From: an uncultured Actinomycetota bacterium
Lineage (GTDB): Bacteria; Actinomycetota; Geothermincolia; Geothermincolales; Geothermincolaceae
Length of the DNA: 64,000 nt
Direction: 5' to 3'
NCBI GenBank assembly: GCA_964515075.1
Contig: CAZETE010000004.1
Span: 3,353 to 67,352 of the forward strand
Positions 40,387-51,243 of this stretch are shown piece by piece. The translations under genes were made by a program, and so were the position numbers. The stretch's first letter is position 1; the number at the start of each line of letters is the position of its first letter. Below the pieces are notes generated by a model. It had not been told where the DNA came from. It saw only the letters and a program-made list of their open reading frames with translations, and made no database searches.

Positions 40387-41136
40387 ATGAAGAAGAACCT
40401 CTGGCTGGTGGCGCTCGGCGTGAGCCTGGCGTTCCTGTCCCTGGGACTCTACCTCGTGCACTACCTCGTCTTCCGGGATGCCCACCACATCTACATCTAC
40501 CTGGTGGGGGACCTGGCCTTCCTCCCGGTGGAGGTGCTCCTGGTCACCCTCATCGTCGACCGCATGCTGGGCATGCGCGAGAAGCGGGCGGTGATGGAGA
40601 AGATGAACATGGTCATCGGGGCCTTCTTCAGCGAGATGGGGCTGGAGCTGCTCAAGCGGTTCATAGCCTCCGGGGCCTTCCCCGGGGACCTGGCGGAAGG
40701 CGTCACCTTCACCGGGAGCTGGTCGGAGGCCGACTTCAAGCGGGCCGCCCTCGAGGCCCGCGAGTCCGACTACCGTCTGGACCCCGGGCGGGGCGGCCTG
40801 GCGGAGCTGCGGTCGTTCCTCGAGGGGGAGCGGCCCTTCTTCCTGCGCCTGCTGGAGAACCCCAACCTGCTGGAGCACGACACCTTCACCGACCTGCTCT
40901 GGGCGGTCAGCCACCTCTCGGAGGAGCTGTCCTTCCGCCGGGACCCCGACAGCCTGGGCGCCGCGGACTTCCGGCACGTCGAGAGCGACGTCCGCAGGGC
41001 CTTCCGGCTGCTCCTCTTCGAGTGGCTGCATTACCTGGCGCACCTGAAGGGCCGCTACCCCTACCTCTACTCGCTGGCCATGCGCACCAACCCCTTCGAC
41101 CGCGAGGCCCGCGCGGAGATAAGCGAGGCCTCCTGA
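40387..41136 (+). CDS. membrane-anchored hypothetical protein
   Basis: Two N-terminal transmembrane helices (MKKNLWLVALGVSLAFLSLGLYLVHYLVF...) followed by a soluble domain with no family I recognise. Confidence 0.45.
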   Translation: MKKNLWLVALGVSLAFLSLGLYLVHYLVFRDAHHIYIYLVGDLAFLPVEVLLVTLIVDRMLGMREKRAVMEKMNMVIGAFFSEMGLELLKRFIASGAFPGDLAEGVTFTGSWSEADFKRAALEARESDYRLDPGRGGLAELRSFLEGERPFFLRLLENPNLLEHDTFTDLLWAVSHLSEELSFRRDPDSLGAADFRHVESDVRRAFRLLLFEWLHYLAHLKGRYPYLYSLAMRTNPFDREARAEISEAS

Positions 41137-43425
<2,289 letters not shown>

Positions 43426-43468
43426 CCAACGCCCAGGGTCCTTGACGGAAGAGGAAGAGGGAAAGGAG

Positions 43469-44050
43469 ATGACCGTGCCGAGCGTAAAGGGAACCAGGAC
43501 CGAAGTGAACCTGCTCACCGCCTTCGCGGGGGAGTCGCAGGCCAGGAACCGCTACAGCTACTTCGCCAGCAAGGCCAAGAAGGAGGGGTACGTGCAGATG
43601 TCGCTGGTCTTCGAGGAGACCGCCAACCAGGAGAAGGAGCATGCCAAGCGGCTCTTCAAGTTCCTCGAGGGCGGCGAGGTCGAGGTGGCGGCGGCCTTCC
43701 CGGCGGGGGTCATCGGCGCCACCGCCGAGAACCTCAAGGCGGCGGCGGCCGGCGAGAACTACGAGTGGACCGACATGTATCCGTCCTTCGCCGCGACGGC
43801 GCGGGAGGAGGGCCTGGAGGAGATCGCCGTGGTGTTCGAGTCCATCGCGGTGGCCGAGAAGCAGCACGAACGGCGCTACCTGGGCCTGCTGGCCAACCTG
43901 GAGGCCGGCACCGTCTTCAAGAAGGACCAGCCGGTCAAGTGGCGCTGCCTCAACTGCGGCTACGTCCACGAGGGCGAAGGCGTTCCCGACAAGTGCCCCG
44001 CCTGCGACCACCCGCGGGACTACTTCGAGCTGCTGGCCGAGAACTGGTAG
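43469..44050 (+). CDS. rbr: rubrerythrin
   Basis: A ferritin-like di-iron four-helix bundle (..EKEHAKRLF.., ..EKQHERRY..) plus a C-terminal rubredoxin-like CxxC...CxxC (CLNCGY...CPACDHP). Confidence 0.88.
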   Translation: MTVPSVKGTRTEVNLLTAFAGESQARNRYSYFASKAKKEGYVQMSLVFEETANQEKEHAKRLFKFLEGGEVEVAAAFPAGVIGATAENLKAAAAGENYEWTDMYPSFAATAREEGLEEIAVVFESIAVAEKQHERRYLGLLANLEAGTVFKKDQPVKWRCLNCGYVHEGEGVPDKCPACDHPRDYFELLAENW

Positions 44051-44068
44051 GCGGTTGAGCCGGCCGGC

Positions 44069-44386
44069 TCAACCCCGCCGCCGCAGCGGCAGGCCGGACA
44101 GCCTCTTCAGCCAGGGCGTCGGGGGCCCCGGTGGAGCCGGGGCCCCCTCTTCCCGGGGGAAGGGGCTCTCGATGCCGTACATGGGCCGGCACGCCGAGGG
44201 GATGCGGCGGGGCCGGTCCGGCTGGCGGATGGCCTTCTGCGGGCAGGCCTCGTAGCAGCCGCCGCATTCGCCGCAGCGCCGCTGGTCGATGACGGCGACG
44301 TCCCCGGCCATGCTCAGCGCCCCCTTCTCGCAGAAACTCAGGCAGACGCGGCAGCCGACGCAGAGCCCCTCGTCCACCGTGTACAT
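44069..44386 (-). CDS. 2x[4Fe-4S] ferredoxin with Pro-rich C-terminal extension
   Basis: CVGCRVCLSFCE and CGECGGCYEACP motifs in the first 55 aa, followed by a ~45-aa proline-rich tail. Confidence 0.65.
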   Translation of the reverse strand: MYTVDEGLCVGCRVCLSFCEKGALSMAGDVAVIDQRRCGECGGCYEACPQKAIRQPDRPRRIPSACRPMYGIESPFPREEGAPAPPGPPTPWLKRLSGLPLRRRG

Positions 44387-44396
44387 GCGCGGCCCC

Positions 44397-45428
44397 TCAG
44401 CCTCCGAGGTACGACGAGAGGTCGGGCACCTCGATGCCGTCCAGGTTGTCGAAGGAGAGCGGGGCCCGGCCGGCCTGCACCGAGCGGATGATCCGGGCCA
44501 CCTGGTCGTTGACGGGGGTGGGCACCCCAGCTTCGGCCGAGCGGGCCGAGAGGTAGCCGTTGAGCGCCTCCACCTCGCAGGCCAGCCCCTTGCGCAGGTC
44601 CTGCAGCATGCTGGGCACCTGGTCGCGGTGGGGCCCCCAGACCATGCGCACCACGCCCACGGCCGTCTCCAGCCCCTGCGCGGCCACCTCCAGCATGACC
44701 ATGGGGTCCACGCCCTGCATGGGCTCCATCTTTATCCCCAGGGCCCGGGCGGTGAGGATGGTCTCGATGATGATGCACAGCGCGGCGGCCGCGGCCTTGT
44801 CGTCGTCGAGGATGCCGCCGTAGGTGCTGTCGATGGCCGCGCCCAGCCCGGACATGCTCACGTTGGCCAGCAGCTTGGTCCAGCGCACCCCCTTGAGGTT
44901 CTCGCTCAGGACCACCTCGCCGCAGTGGCCCAGCACCTGCTTGACCTGCTCGAGGCGCGGCGTGATGCGGCCGTCCAGCTCCCCCAGGTCGAAGGTCATC
45001 TTCTCCGGCTCGCTGGTCAGCTCGGAGACGCCGGGGCGCAGCCAGGTGGCCCCCCATCCGATGGCCCCGCCCATGGTGCGCTCCCGTCCCACCGCGGCGG
45101 CGACCTTCTCCTCGGGCACCCCGTTCTGCAGGGTCACCAGCACGCCGTCCGCGGCCAGATGCGGGATGATCTGGGGCAGCGCCGTCTCGTCGTAGGTGGC
45201 CTTGACCAGGTAGAGCACCAGGTCGAAGAGGCCCTCCAGCCCCTCCGGGGTGACGGCCTTCACCGGCACGGTCAGCTCCATGTGCCCGGTGACCCGCGCC
45301 CCGGAGGCGTTGAGGGCGTCCACATGGGCCCGGTTGGCGTCCACCAGGGTGATGTCCAGGCCGGCCCTGCTCACCAGGGCGCCGATGACGGTGCCCATGG
45401 AGCCCGCTCCCATCAGTGCCATGCGCAT
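44397..45428 (-). CDS. panE: 2-dehydropantoate 2-reductase (ketopantoate reductase family)
   Basis: MRMALMGAGSMGTVIGALV... with an N-terminal Rossmann fold and ApbA C-terminal domain. Confidence 0.78.
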   Translation of the reverse strand: MRMALMGAGSMGTVIGALVSRAGLDITLVDANRAHVDALNASGARVTGHMELTVPVKAVTPEGLEGLFDLVLYLVKATYDETALPQIIPHLAADGVLVTLQNGVPEEKVAAAVGRERTMGGAIGWGATWLRPGVSELTSEPEKMTFDLGELDGRITPRLEQVKQVLGHCGEVVLSENLKGVRWTKLLANVSMSGLGAAIDSTYGGILDDDKAAAAALCIIIETILTARALGIKMEPMQGVDPMVMLEVAAQGLETAVGVVRMVWGPHRDQVPSMLQDLRKGLACEVEALNGYLSARSAEAGVPTPVNDQVARIIRSVQAGRAPLSFDNLDGIEVPDLSSYLGG

Positions 45429-45557
45429 CGCGATCCCCTCCTTTCGATGACCTCACGGGCGGGTGGTTGCCGCCTCTACTCCATTATCGCCCATCCGCCT
45501 CGCGCCATCCAATCCGGGGCACCCGCACTCAAAGCGGCGGACGGGACGGCCGATAAT

Positions 45558-46220
45558 ATGACCGTCATGAAAAGGCTCTATCGTGCCGGGGGCGGCGCGG
45601 TCCTCGCGGCGCTCTCGTTGCTGGCAATCGTGTATATGGCGGGCTGCGGGTCGCCCCAGGCGCGGCCGGACATGGGGACGGAGACCGTCGACCCGCAGGT
45701 GGCGGCGGACTCCCTCTCCGTGAGGCTCAACGACCTGGAGGGCAAGCAGCAACAGCTGGAGCAGCGCATCCACGAACTGGTCAACCAGCGGCGGGCCGAG
45801 AACGGCCTGGCCGAGATGGCCTGGGAGGAGCGCCTGGCGGAGATCGCCCGCTACCACAGCCGGGACATGGCCGAGCGCTGCTACTTCGACCACCTGAGCC
45901 CGGAGGGCGAGGACTTCACGGCCCGCTACGCCATGTTCGGGTACGACGCCGGCAACCGGGTGGGCGACGTGGTCTACCGCGGGGCGGAGAACCTCTTCCT
46001 CAACAGCCTCTACAGGTCCTACACCTACATCAAGGACACCGGCGAGGTGGTGAAGTACGACTTCAGCACCCTCGAGGAGATCGCCCTGAGCACGGTGGAC
46101 GGGTGGATGGAGAGCGAGGGCCACCGGGAGAACCTGCTCATGCCCCACTTCATCAAGGAGGGCGTCGGCGTGGTCTTTGCCCGCGACGGCAGGATCTACA
46201 TCTCCCAGAACTTCAACTGA
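45558..46220 (+). CDS. CAP/SCP/PR-1-like domain lipoprotein
   Basis: A signal peptide and lipobox (LLAIVYMAGC), then the CAP domain (..ELVNQRRAENGLAEMAWEERLAEIARYHSRDMAERCYFDHLSPEG...HRENLL..). Confidence 0.72.
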   Translation: MTVMKRLYRAGGGAVLAALSLLAIVYMAGCGSPQARPDMGTETVDPQVAADSLSVRLNDLEGKQQQLEQRIHELVNQRRAENGLAEMAWEERLAEIARYHSRDMAERCYFDHLSPEGEDFTARYAMFGYDAGNRVGDVVYRGAENLFLNSLYRSYTYIKDTGEVVKYDFSTLEEIALSTVDGWMESEGHRENLLMPHFIKEGVGVVFARDGRIYISQNFN

Positions 46221-46270
46221 GCCCCTGACCGCGCCGGCGCCGGCACAACGGCCCGCCCGGCCCGCAAGTC

Positions 46271-46298
46271 GCAGGTTCGAGTCCTGCCAGGCGTGCCA
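46271..46298 (+). other. tRNA 3'-end-like fragment (T-arm GCAGG-TTCGAGT-CCTGC, acceptor strand, discriminator, CCA); putative integration-site remnant
   Basis: gcaggttcgagtcctgccaggcgtgcca reproduces the canonical T-stem/loop and 3' acceptor strand ending in CCA. I could not fold a matching 5' half upstream. GC content collapses immediately downstream. Confidence 0.4.
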
Positions 46299-46303
46299 GC
46301 AAT

Positions 46304-47242
46304 TCAAGCGGATGTGCGAGTATCCGCTTTTTCTTTTACATATGCCCTTGCATCGAAACTGAGTCGTATCCTGTAGTGCATGATGGTGACTATTGTCATC
46401 ACTCCGATTTGTGGAATCACAAACATCAGCACAGCAACGGGAATCGACACAACATCCGCCCAAGGATAGACAATCACGAAGGGCAAGCTGATCAGTGCAG
46501 TAATCACACAGACAAGAACAGCATCTTTCTTAAAGCTTATCCGCCTCTCTTTCTTCTTGCGATAGAAATAGTCGGCCAGCGCAACGAGGGAAACGAAGGC
46601 AAGGTAAACTACGACTGCCAATGGATACTCATAAGGCTTAGGCTTATCTAATGATTTGAAATATTCGTCCATTCTTTTATCTTCTTTTTCCAATATATAT
46701 GCCCCAAGACTATCTGCCCAATCAGCCAACTCGTCTTTCCCTTGTTGCTTATAGATTTGACTCAGCAAACCATATCCAGCAGCTTGGCTTGGCTGTCCGT
46801 ATTCAAATGCCAATGCCCTATAAGCAAGGGATTCAGCCTCGTTCAACATCCCATAATCAAGATAGGACATGGCTATAGCAATTAAAGTCGTAAAATCATA
46901 GGGGTTTGCATCAAACGCTTGCTGGAGAATCTCCGATACTCTCTCCCTGTTTCCGATTGAATTGTAGACATCGGCTAGACTTCTATAATCCCAAACAGAG
47001 AAGGACTCCGGGTCAAGCGCATAAGCTTTTTCATAGAGGCTTATAGCTTCTCTTGCCTCTTCTTGGGTAATCGAGTCCAAGCCCTTCTTGGTTATTGAAT
47101 CTGCTTGATCGATCAGCTTCTGTGCTTCGTCTTTCGATTGATCCTGTTGCGCCAATACTCCAACATTTGAGGTGGCCATAGCGGTGCACAGCAAAATAGA
47201 CCCAACGGTCAAGGCCTTCTTCCAAATGCCAAATGCATTCAT
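46304..47242 (-). CDS. secreted/membrane TPR-repeat protein (low-GC, foreign)
   Basis: The start is taken at MNAFGIWKKALTVGSILLCTAMA (signal peptide). It has TPR-like repeats and two C-terminal transmembrane helices. Confidence 0.55.
   Translation of the reverse strand: MNAFGIWKKALTVGSILLCTAMATSNVGVLAQQDQSKDEAQKLIDQADSITKKGLDSITQEEAREAISLYEKAYALDPESFSVWDYRSLADVYNSIGNRERVSEILQQAFDANPYDFTTLIAIAMSYLDYGMLNEAESLAYRALAFEYGQPSQAAGYGLLSQIYKQQGKDELADWADSLGAYILEKEDKRMDEYFKSLDKPKPYEYPLAVVVYLAFVSLVALADYFYRKKKERRISFKKDAVLVCVITALISLPFVIVYPWADVVSIPVAVLMFVIPQIGVMTIVTIMHYRIRLSFDARAYVKEKADTRTSA
46308..46337 (+). terminator. intrinsic terminator GCGGAT-GTGCGAGT-ATCCGC TTTTTCTTTT (for the CAP-domain gene)
   Basis: A 6-bp stem, an 8-nt loop and a 10-nt T-rich run. 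It lies within the 3' end of the convergent TPR gene. Confidence 0.5.
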
Positions 47243-47549
47243 ACTTAGCCTGCTCAGTTTATCGTCCTTTCTTCCCACAAAGCGAATGCCCCCTTTTCGC
47301 AAGTATTCTACCATCCATCAAGCCAGCATTGCTTTTCTACTCATCCCCACCCTCAGCTGGCGATACCCAGTATGGGGATACTGTAATCCTGTTCTGCGTT
47401 CATCAGTCTGGTTCGAACTTCGTCCACAGTGGGGTGCCAAATACAATAGTAAATCAGAGGGTATTACCTTCGTCCTGCTCTTAATGGGCCATGTTCCTTA
47501 TTAATTACCGTGCGATTTGTGTGCTACATGGTCACGCGCAAGGCGAGCC

Positions 47550-47921
47550 TCAGTCGTTTATTGCGTCCAACGCCCGTTGGCGTATCCTGTCTCGCTCTAT
47601 CACGGTGAACATCCCGGTCAAGGTAATGCTCTGCTCTCGAAGTATGCCTGACAAGATCTCTCCGGCTTCGTCCGGAGAAGCCGGAGCGAAGCGGAAGTAG
47701 ACGATGCCGTTGACATTGCGCGCCTTGTGCCGGAAGATCAGCTCTCCGTAATCACGGTCAAAGGTCAGGATGATACGATCCTCTTCGATTGCCCGTTCGA
47801 GCACTTGCCGGTCTGTCGCGCCAGGCATTTCGTCAGCGATACGAAGGACGTCATGACCACTCTCCTCGAGCAGCCTGGTACTTGACCGGGGAATGTTTTC
47901 GTTGGCAAGGAAGTCCATCAC
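47550..47921 (-). CDS. DUF5615 (COG4634) PIN-like putative toxin
   Basis: MMDFLANENIPRSSTRLLEESGHDVL...ILTFDRDYGELIF... is typical of DUF5615. Confidence 0.7.
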   Translation of the reverse strand: MMDFLANENIPRSSTRLLEESGHDVLRIADEMPGATDRQVLERAIEEDRIILTFDRDYGELIFRHKARNVNGIVYFRFAPASPDEAGEILSGILREQSITLTGMFTVIERDRIRQRALDAIND

Positions 47922-48163
47922 ACGGCTTTGGAGTCAAGAGGATAAAGGGATTCCTCACGCATGCATTCGGTCGCGAAGGCGAATATCGCCCGGATGTTCT
48001 CGGCAATAAGATTGGGGTACTCCTCAAGCACCCTGCTTTCCGTCCAGCCCTCGGCGAACAGGCCCAGGATAAATTCGACTGAGAGCCGGGTTCCTTTGAC
48101 CACGGGCTTGCCCATCAATACATCGGGATCAGAGGTAATAGTTTTTCTCCAATCGACTTCCAT
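47918..48163 (-). CDS. DUF433 (COG2442) putative antitoxin
   Basis: ..VLMGKPVVKGTRLSVEFILGLFAEGWTESRVLEEYPNLIAENIRAIFAFA.. Its stop overlaps the DUF5615 start (ATGA). Confidence 0.7.
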   Translation of the reverse strand: MEVDWRKTITSDPDVLMGKPVVKGTRLSVEFILGLFAEGWTESRVLEEYPNLIAENIRAIFAFATECMREESLYPLDSKAV

Positions 48164-48231
48164 CACGACTCCTTCCTTACAGGTATAGCGTACCACAAAG
48201 AAAAGACGGGGTCAGTCCGGGGTCCCGGGGC

Positions 48232-51183
48232 CTACTCCCCCGGCCGTTCCGGGAGGAGTTGGGGGTTGAGGATCTCCCGCAGGGTCAGGTCATCGCCGAA
48301 GACCAGCACCGGGATGCGCGCCGCGGGGTCGGCGGCGCCCCAGTCGGCGCAGGGGAAGACGGGGTAGCGCCCCGGGGCGGAGGGGCGGGCGGCCACGGAA
48401 CCGCTCACCAGGTCGACGCGCAGGCGGGCCAGCGCGGCGGGCAGGCAGAGGAACGCCGCCCCGCGGCTGTAGTAGCCGAGGGACTGGTCCATATAGCGGT
48501 TGCACTCGTAGGCGCCGCGCCGCGGCCCCTCGCGGGGGGGCTGCTCGCGGTAGAAGACGCTGTCCCAGAAGCCGCCGTTCATGTTGCAGGCCCACCAGTG
48601 CTCCAGGCCCCAGTAGCCCTCCAGCCGCCCGGCCTGCCCCTCCGGCCACCCCTCCGCCTCCAGGTAGAAGCCGAGGGCGTCGCGCCAGGCGTTCTGCGAC
48701 ATCCACTGGCAGTCGTCCCCGCCGCTGGTGTGCACGCATCCGAACTCGCGCCGCGTGGCCCGGTCCGCGGTGACCAGGTCCAGGCGCATGCGCTCCAGGT
48801 TGTCCGGCTCCAGCCCGGTCTGCCCCCCCGAGGCCAGCAGCCACAGCAGGCCGTTGGCCGGGTAGATGGAGCAGGCGTCCCGCTCGCAGGGCTGGGCGCC
48901 GGGGTCGCTGGAGACGGCGAAGTGGGCGCCCCGCCACATCGCCTCCCGCAAGGTCGCGTTGACCAGCTGCAGCCGCTCCTCGCAGGCGGCGATGAAGTCC
49001 TCGGGCCGCGCCTCCTGGGCCCCGGCCATGTCCGCCGCCGCCCGCACCGCCGCGGCCGCCTTCACCCCCAGGTAGGTCTGGTTGCGCCCGCTGATGAAGA
49101 AGAGGCGGGCCTGGTCGATGCTGTTGTCCGCGTTGACGTCGGGCAGGCCGTCTCCATCGGTGTCGCAGGAGAGGATGTACTCGGCGTAGCCCCGGACGCG
49201 GGGGAACAGCTCCCGCACCAGGGCGGTGCCGCCGGCCTGTTTCCAGTAAGCGTAGAGCAGCAGGATGAAGTCGGCGTTCTCCTCCACCTCCATGCCGAAC
49301 ATGTCGTAGGTCATGCCGATGATGCGGTTGTCCGTGCCGATGTCGTGGGACAGATAGGCGCCGATGCCGTCCTCCCGCTCGAAGAGCGTCCACTGGCGCA
49401 GCTGCCTCTCGAGCAGGTCCGGCCAGAAACTCAGGAAGAACCAGGCGCTGTTGTACTCCACGTCGATGGTGGACATGAAGTAGAAGGGCGGCCCCTCCCA
49501 GGCGGCGAACCATTCCCGGCCGTCCGGGTCGCTGACCCACCAGGCGTTGACGATGTAGTTCTGCAGGCCCAGGGCGGCCAGGCCCTTCCCCGCGGGGGTC
49601 ATGCCGCTGAGGCAGGGCTCGGAGAGCACCCCGTCGAAGAAGGCCGTCCTGGCCTCGATGTCCGCCCGCTCCGGCCCCAGCGCGTAGTCCAGCACCGCCT
49701 GAAGCGAGGTGAGGCCGGGGCCGTCGGGGCGGTTGTAGGCGAAGCTGAAGTCCCGCTCGCCCTCGACCTCCATCACCCCGTCCGGCGAGTGCGCGGCCAG
49801 CACCACGGTGCGCCGGGCCGACCCGCCGGGCGCCAGCCTGAAGCCCCAGGAGAAGCCGGAGTGGCCCCGCGGCCGCCAGGTGAAGGCCGCGTGATCGCAG
49901 GCGAGGGGGTAGCCTGCGGGGCCGGGCCAGATCCACGACGAATCCTCCACTTCCCGGTAATGCCAGTCGACGCCGGAAGCGTCGTCCAGGGCCACCGCCT
50001 CCTCGAAGCGGTACGCCGCGCCGGGGCATCCCTCGCCGGCGTAACTGCCGTCGGCGAAGTTGTAACGCTCGGAGAAGCGGTAGCCGGCCGCGCCCCCCTC
50101 GAGGGGGCGGGGCCTCTCCGCCTCCGACACGTAGCGGTGCGGCCGGGCGAAGAGGAACTCGCCCTCCTGCGGGGCCCCGGTGGGGTTGTCCAGCTCGACG
50201 TCCATGTAGAAGAAGGGGGCGCCGCTCAGCTTGAAGTCCTGCGGGTAGAAGGGCGCGGTCAGGGTGACGGTCGCCGCGAAGGGCAGCGAGGGGTCGCTGC
50301 AGCGGTAGGACACGCCGGTAATGGTCATCTCCTGGTGCATGCCGGAAAAGACGGGGTAGCGGTCGGTGAAGGGGAGGCAGCGCGCCTCCCCGCCGGGCGA
50401 GCGGAAGGCCAGCACCATCTCGGAGAGGTCGTCCGACCAGGTGCCGAGGGGGGACTGGCGCCAGCCCAGCAGCTGCGGCACCGGGTTGAGGCAGAAGCGC
50501 GAGCCGAAGCGCCCCAGCACCACCTCCGAGAGGTCCTGCCCTTCGCCGTTGGCGTAGCGGAGGGGCATGGGCCGGGGCACCCAGTGGCGGCTCTCCATCC
50601 CGTTGAACTCCAGCAGGGAGCGGCCCTGCGCCACCAGGCGCACGTAGCTGACGGTGGCCTCCCCCGCCTCGGCCTTGAAGGCGATGTCGACGCGGCCGCC
50701 CGGGGCGCGCACCCCCCGGGCGCAGGCCTCCCAGGGCACCCCGGCGCCCGCCCCGGCCGCCAGGTCGATGCCGGTCAGCTCGGGCAGGGGGACGCCGTCG
50801 GCGTAGACGGTGAAGACCCGCTCGCCCGGCGCGCGGCCCTGCCACTCCAGGCAGGAGACCTCGAGGTCGAAGACATCCCGGCGCAGGCCGCTGATGGAGT
50901 AGCAGAACTCCTTGCCCAGCCGGGCCTGGGCGAAGCGGTTGGCGTAATGGTCCAGCCCGTTGATGCCTAAAAAGCCGGGCGTGTCCAGCACCTTGCCGTA
51001 GGAGCCGCCGCCCAGCTCAACCACCAGGCGGCCGTCCGCCCCGCCGGGGGGGTGCGCCGGCCGGCGGGCCGGTGGCCCTCCCGTCTCCTTGGCGGCGGGG
51101 ACGAAGAGGCAGCAGGCCGCCAGGCCCAGCACCAGCAGCCCTGCCGCCGCCGCCGCCAGCAGGCTCATCCGCTTGTCGCTCAT
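48232..51183 (-). CDS. large secreted protein: N-terminal malectin-like carbohydrate-binding domain plus (alpha/alpha)6-barrel glycoside-hydrolase-like domain
   Basis: A signal peptide (LLVLGLAAC), a malectin-like segment (..FTVYADGVPLPELTGIDLAAGAGAG..) and a C-terminal region with six-hairpin-glycosidase-like sequence (..FAAWEGPPFYFMSTIDVEYNSAWFFLSFWPDLL..). I am unsure of the family assignment. Confidence 0.45.
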   Translation of the reverse strand: MSDKRMSLLAAAAAGLLVLGLAACCLFVPAAKETGGPPARRPAHPPGGADGRLVVELGGGSYGKVLDTPGFLGINGLDHYANRFAQARLGKEFCYSISGLRRDVFDLEVSCLEWQGRAPGERVFTVYADGVPLPELTGIDLAAGAGAGVPWEACARGVRAPGGRVDIAFKAEAGEATVSYVRLVAQGRSLLEFNGMESRHWVPRPMPLRYANGEGQDLSEVVLGRFGSRFCLNPVPQLLGWRQSPLGTWSDDLSEMVLAFRSPGGEARCLPFTDRYPVFSGMHQEMTITGVSYRCSDPSLPFAATVTLTAPFYPQDFKLSGAPFFYMDVELDNPTGAPQEGEFLFARPHRYVSEAERPRPLEGGAAGYRFSERYNFADGSYAGEGCPGAAYRFEEAVALDDASGVDWHYREVEDSSWIWPGPAGYPLACDHAAFTWRPRGHSGFSWGFRLAPGGSARRTVVLAAHSPDGVMEVEGERDFSFAYNRPDGPGLTSLQAVLDYALGPERADIEARTAFFDGVLSEPCLSGMTPAGKGLAALGLQNYIVNAWWVSDPDGREWFAAWEGPPFYFMSTIDVEYNSAWFFLSFWPDLLERQLRQWTLFEREDGIGAYLSHDIGTDNRIIGMTYDMFGMEVEENADFILLLYAYWKQAGGTALVRELFPRVRGYAEYILSCDTDGDGLPDVNADNSIDQARLFFISGRNQTYLGVKAAAAVRAAADMAGAQEARPEDFIAACEERLQLVNATLREAMWRGAHFAVSSDPGAQPCERDACSIYPANGLLWLLASGGQTGLEPDNLERMRLDLVTADRATRREFGCVHTSGGDDCQWMSQNAWRDALGFYLEAEGWPEGQAGRLEGYWGLEHWWACNMNGGFWDSVFYREQPPREGPRRGAYECNRYMDQSLGYYSRGAAFLCLPAALARLRVDLVSGSVAARPSAPGRYPVFPCADWGAADPAARIPVLVFGDDLTLREILNPQLLPERPGE

Positions 51184-51243
51184 AGCCTCATTCCAGACCG
51201 CGCGGCCGGGCCGGGCGCCGATGCCGGGAGCGGGCCCGCGCCC

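Larger units (their letters stand above)
46300..48200. mobile_element. low-GC (~40-45%) horizontally acquired islet; no integrase or transposase present
   Basis: An abrupt compositional shift from about 70% GC. The codon usage is foreign. It is bounded on the left by the tRNA-like fragment and carries the TPR membrane protein, the TA pair and ~230 bp of noncoding DNA. Confidence 0.5.

Noticed and set aside
46201-46298. A complete tRNA gene ending at 46298
   Set aside because: The T-arm, acceptor and CCA are convincing, but I could not build a D-arm, anticodon arm or matching 5' acceptor strand from the upstream GC-rich sequence. I interpret it as a 3' fragment.
47172-47700. Plus-strand ORFs of 69-110 aa in the low-GC islet
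   Set aside because: Short ORFs with no ribosome-binding site or similarity, lying in the noncoding gap or antisense to the TPR gene.
48259-50970. 903-aa plus ORF and 851-aa minus alternative frame across the glycosidase-like gene
   Set aside because: Only the 48232..51183 minus frame carries a signal peptide, malectin-like and six-hairpin-like segments.
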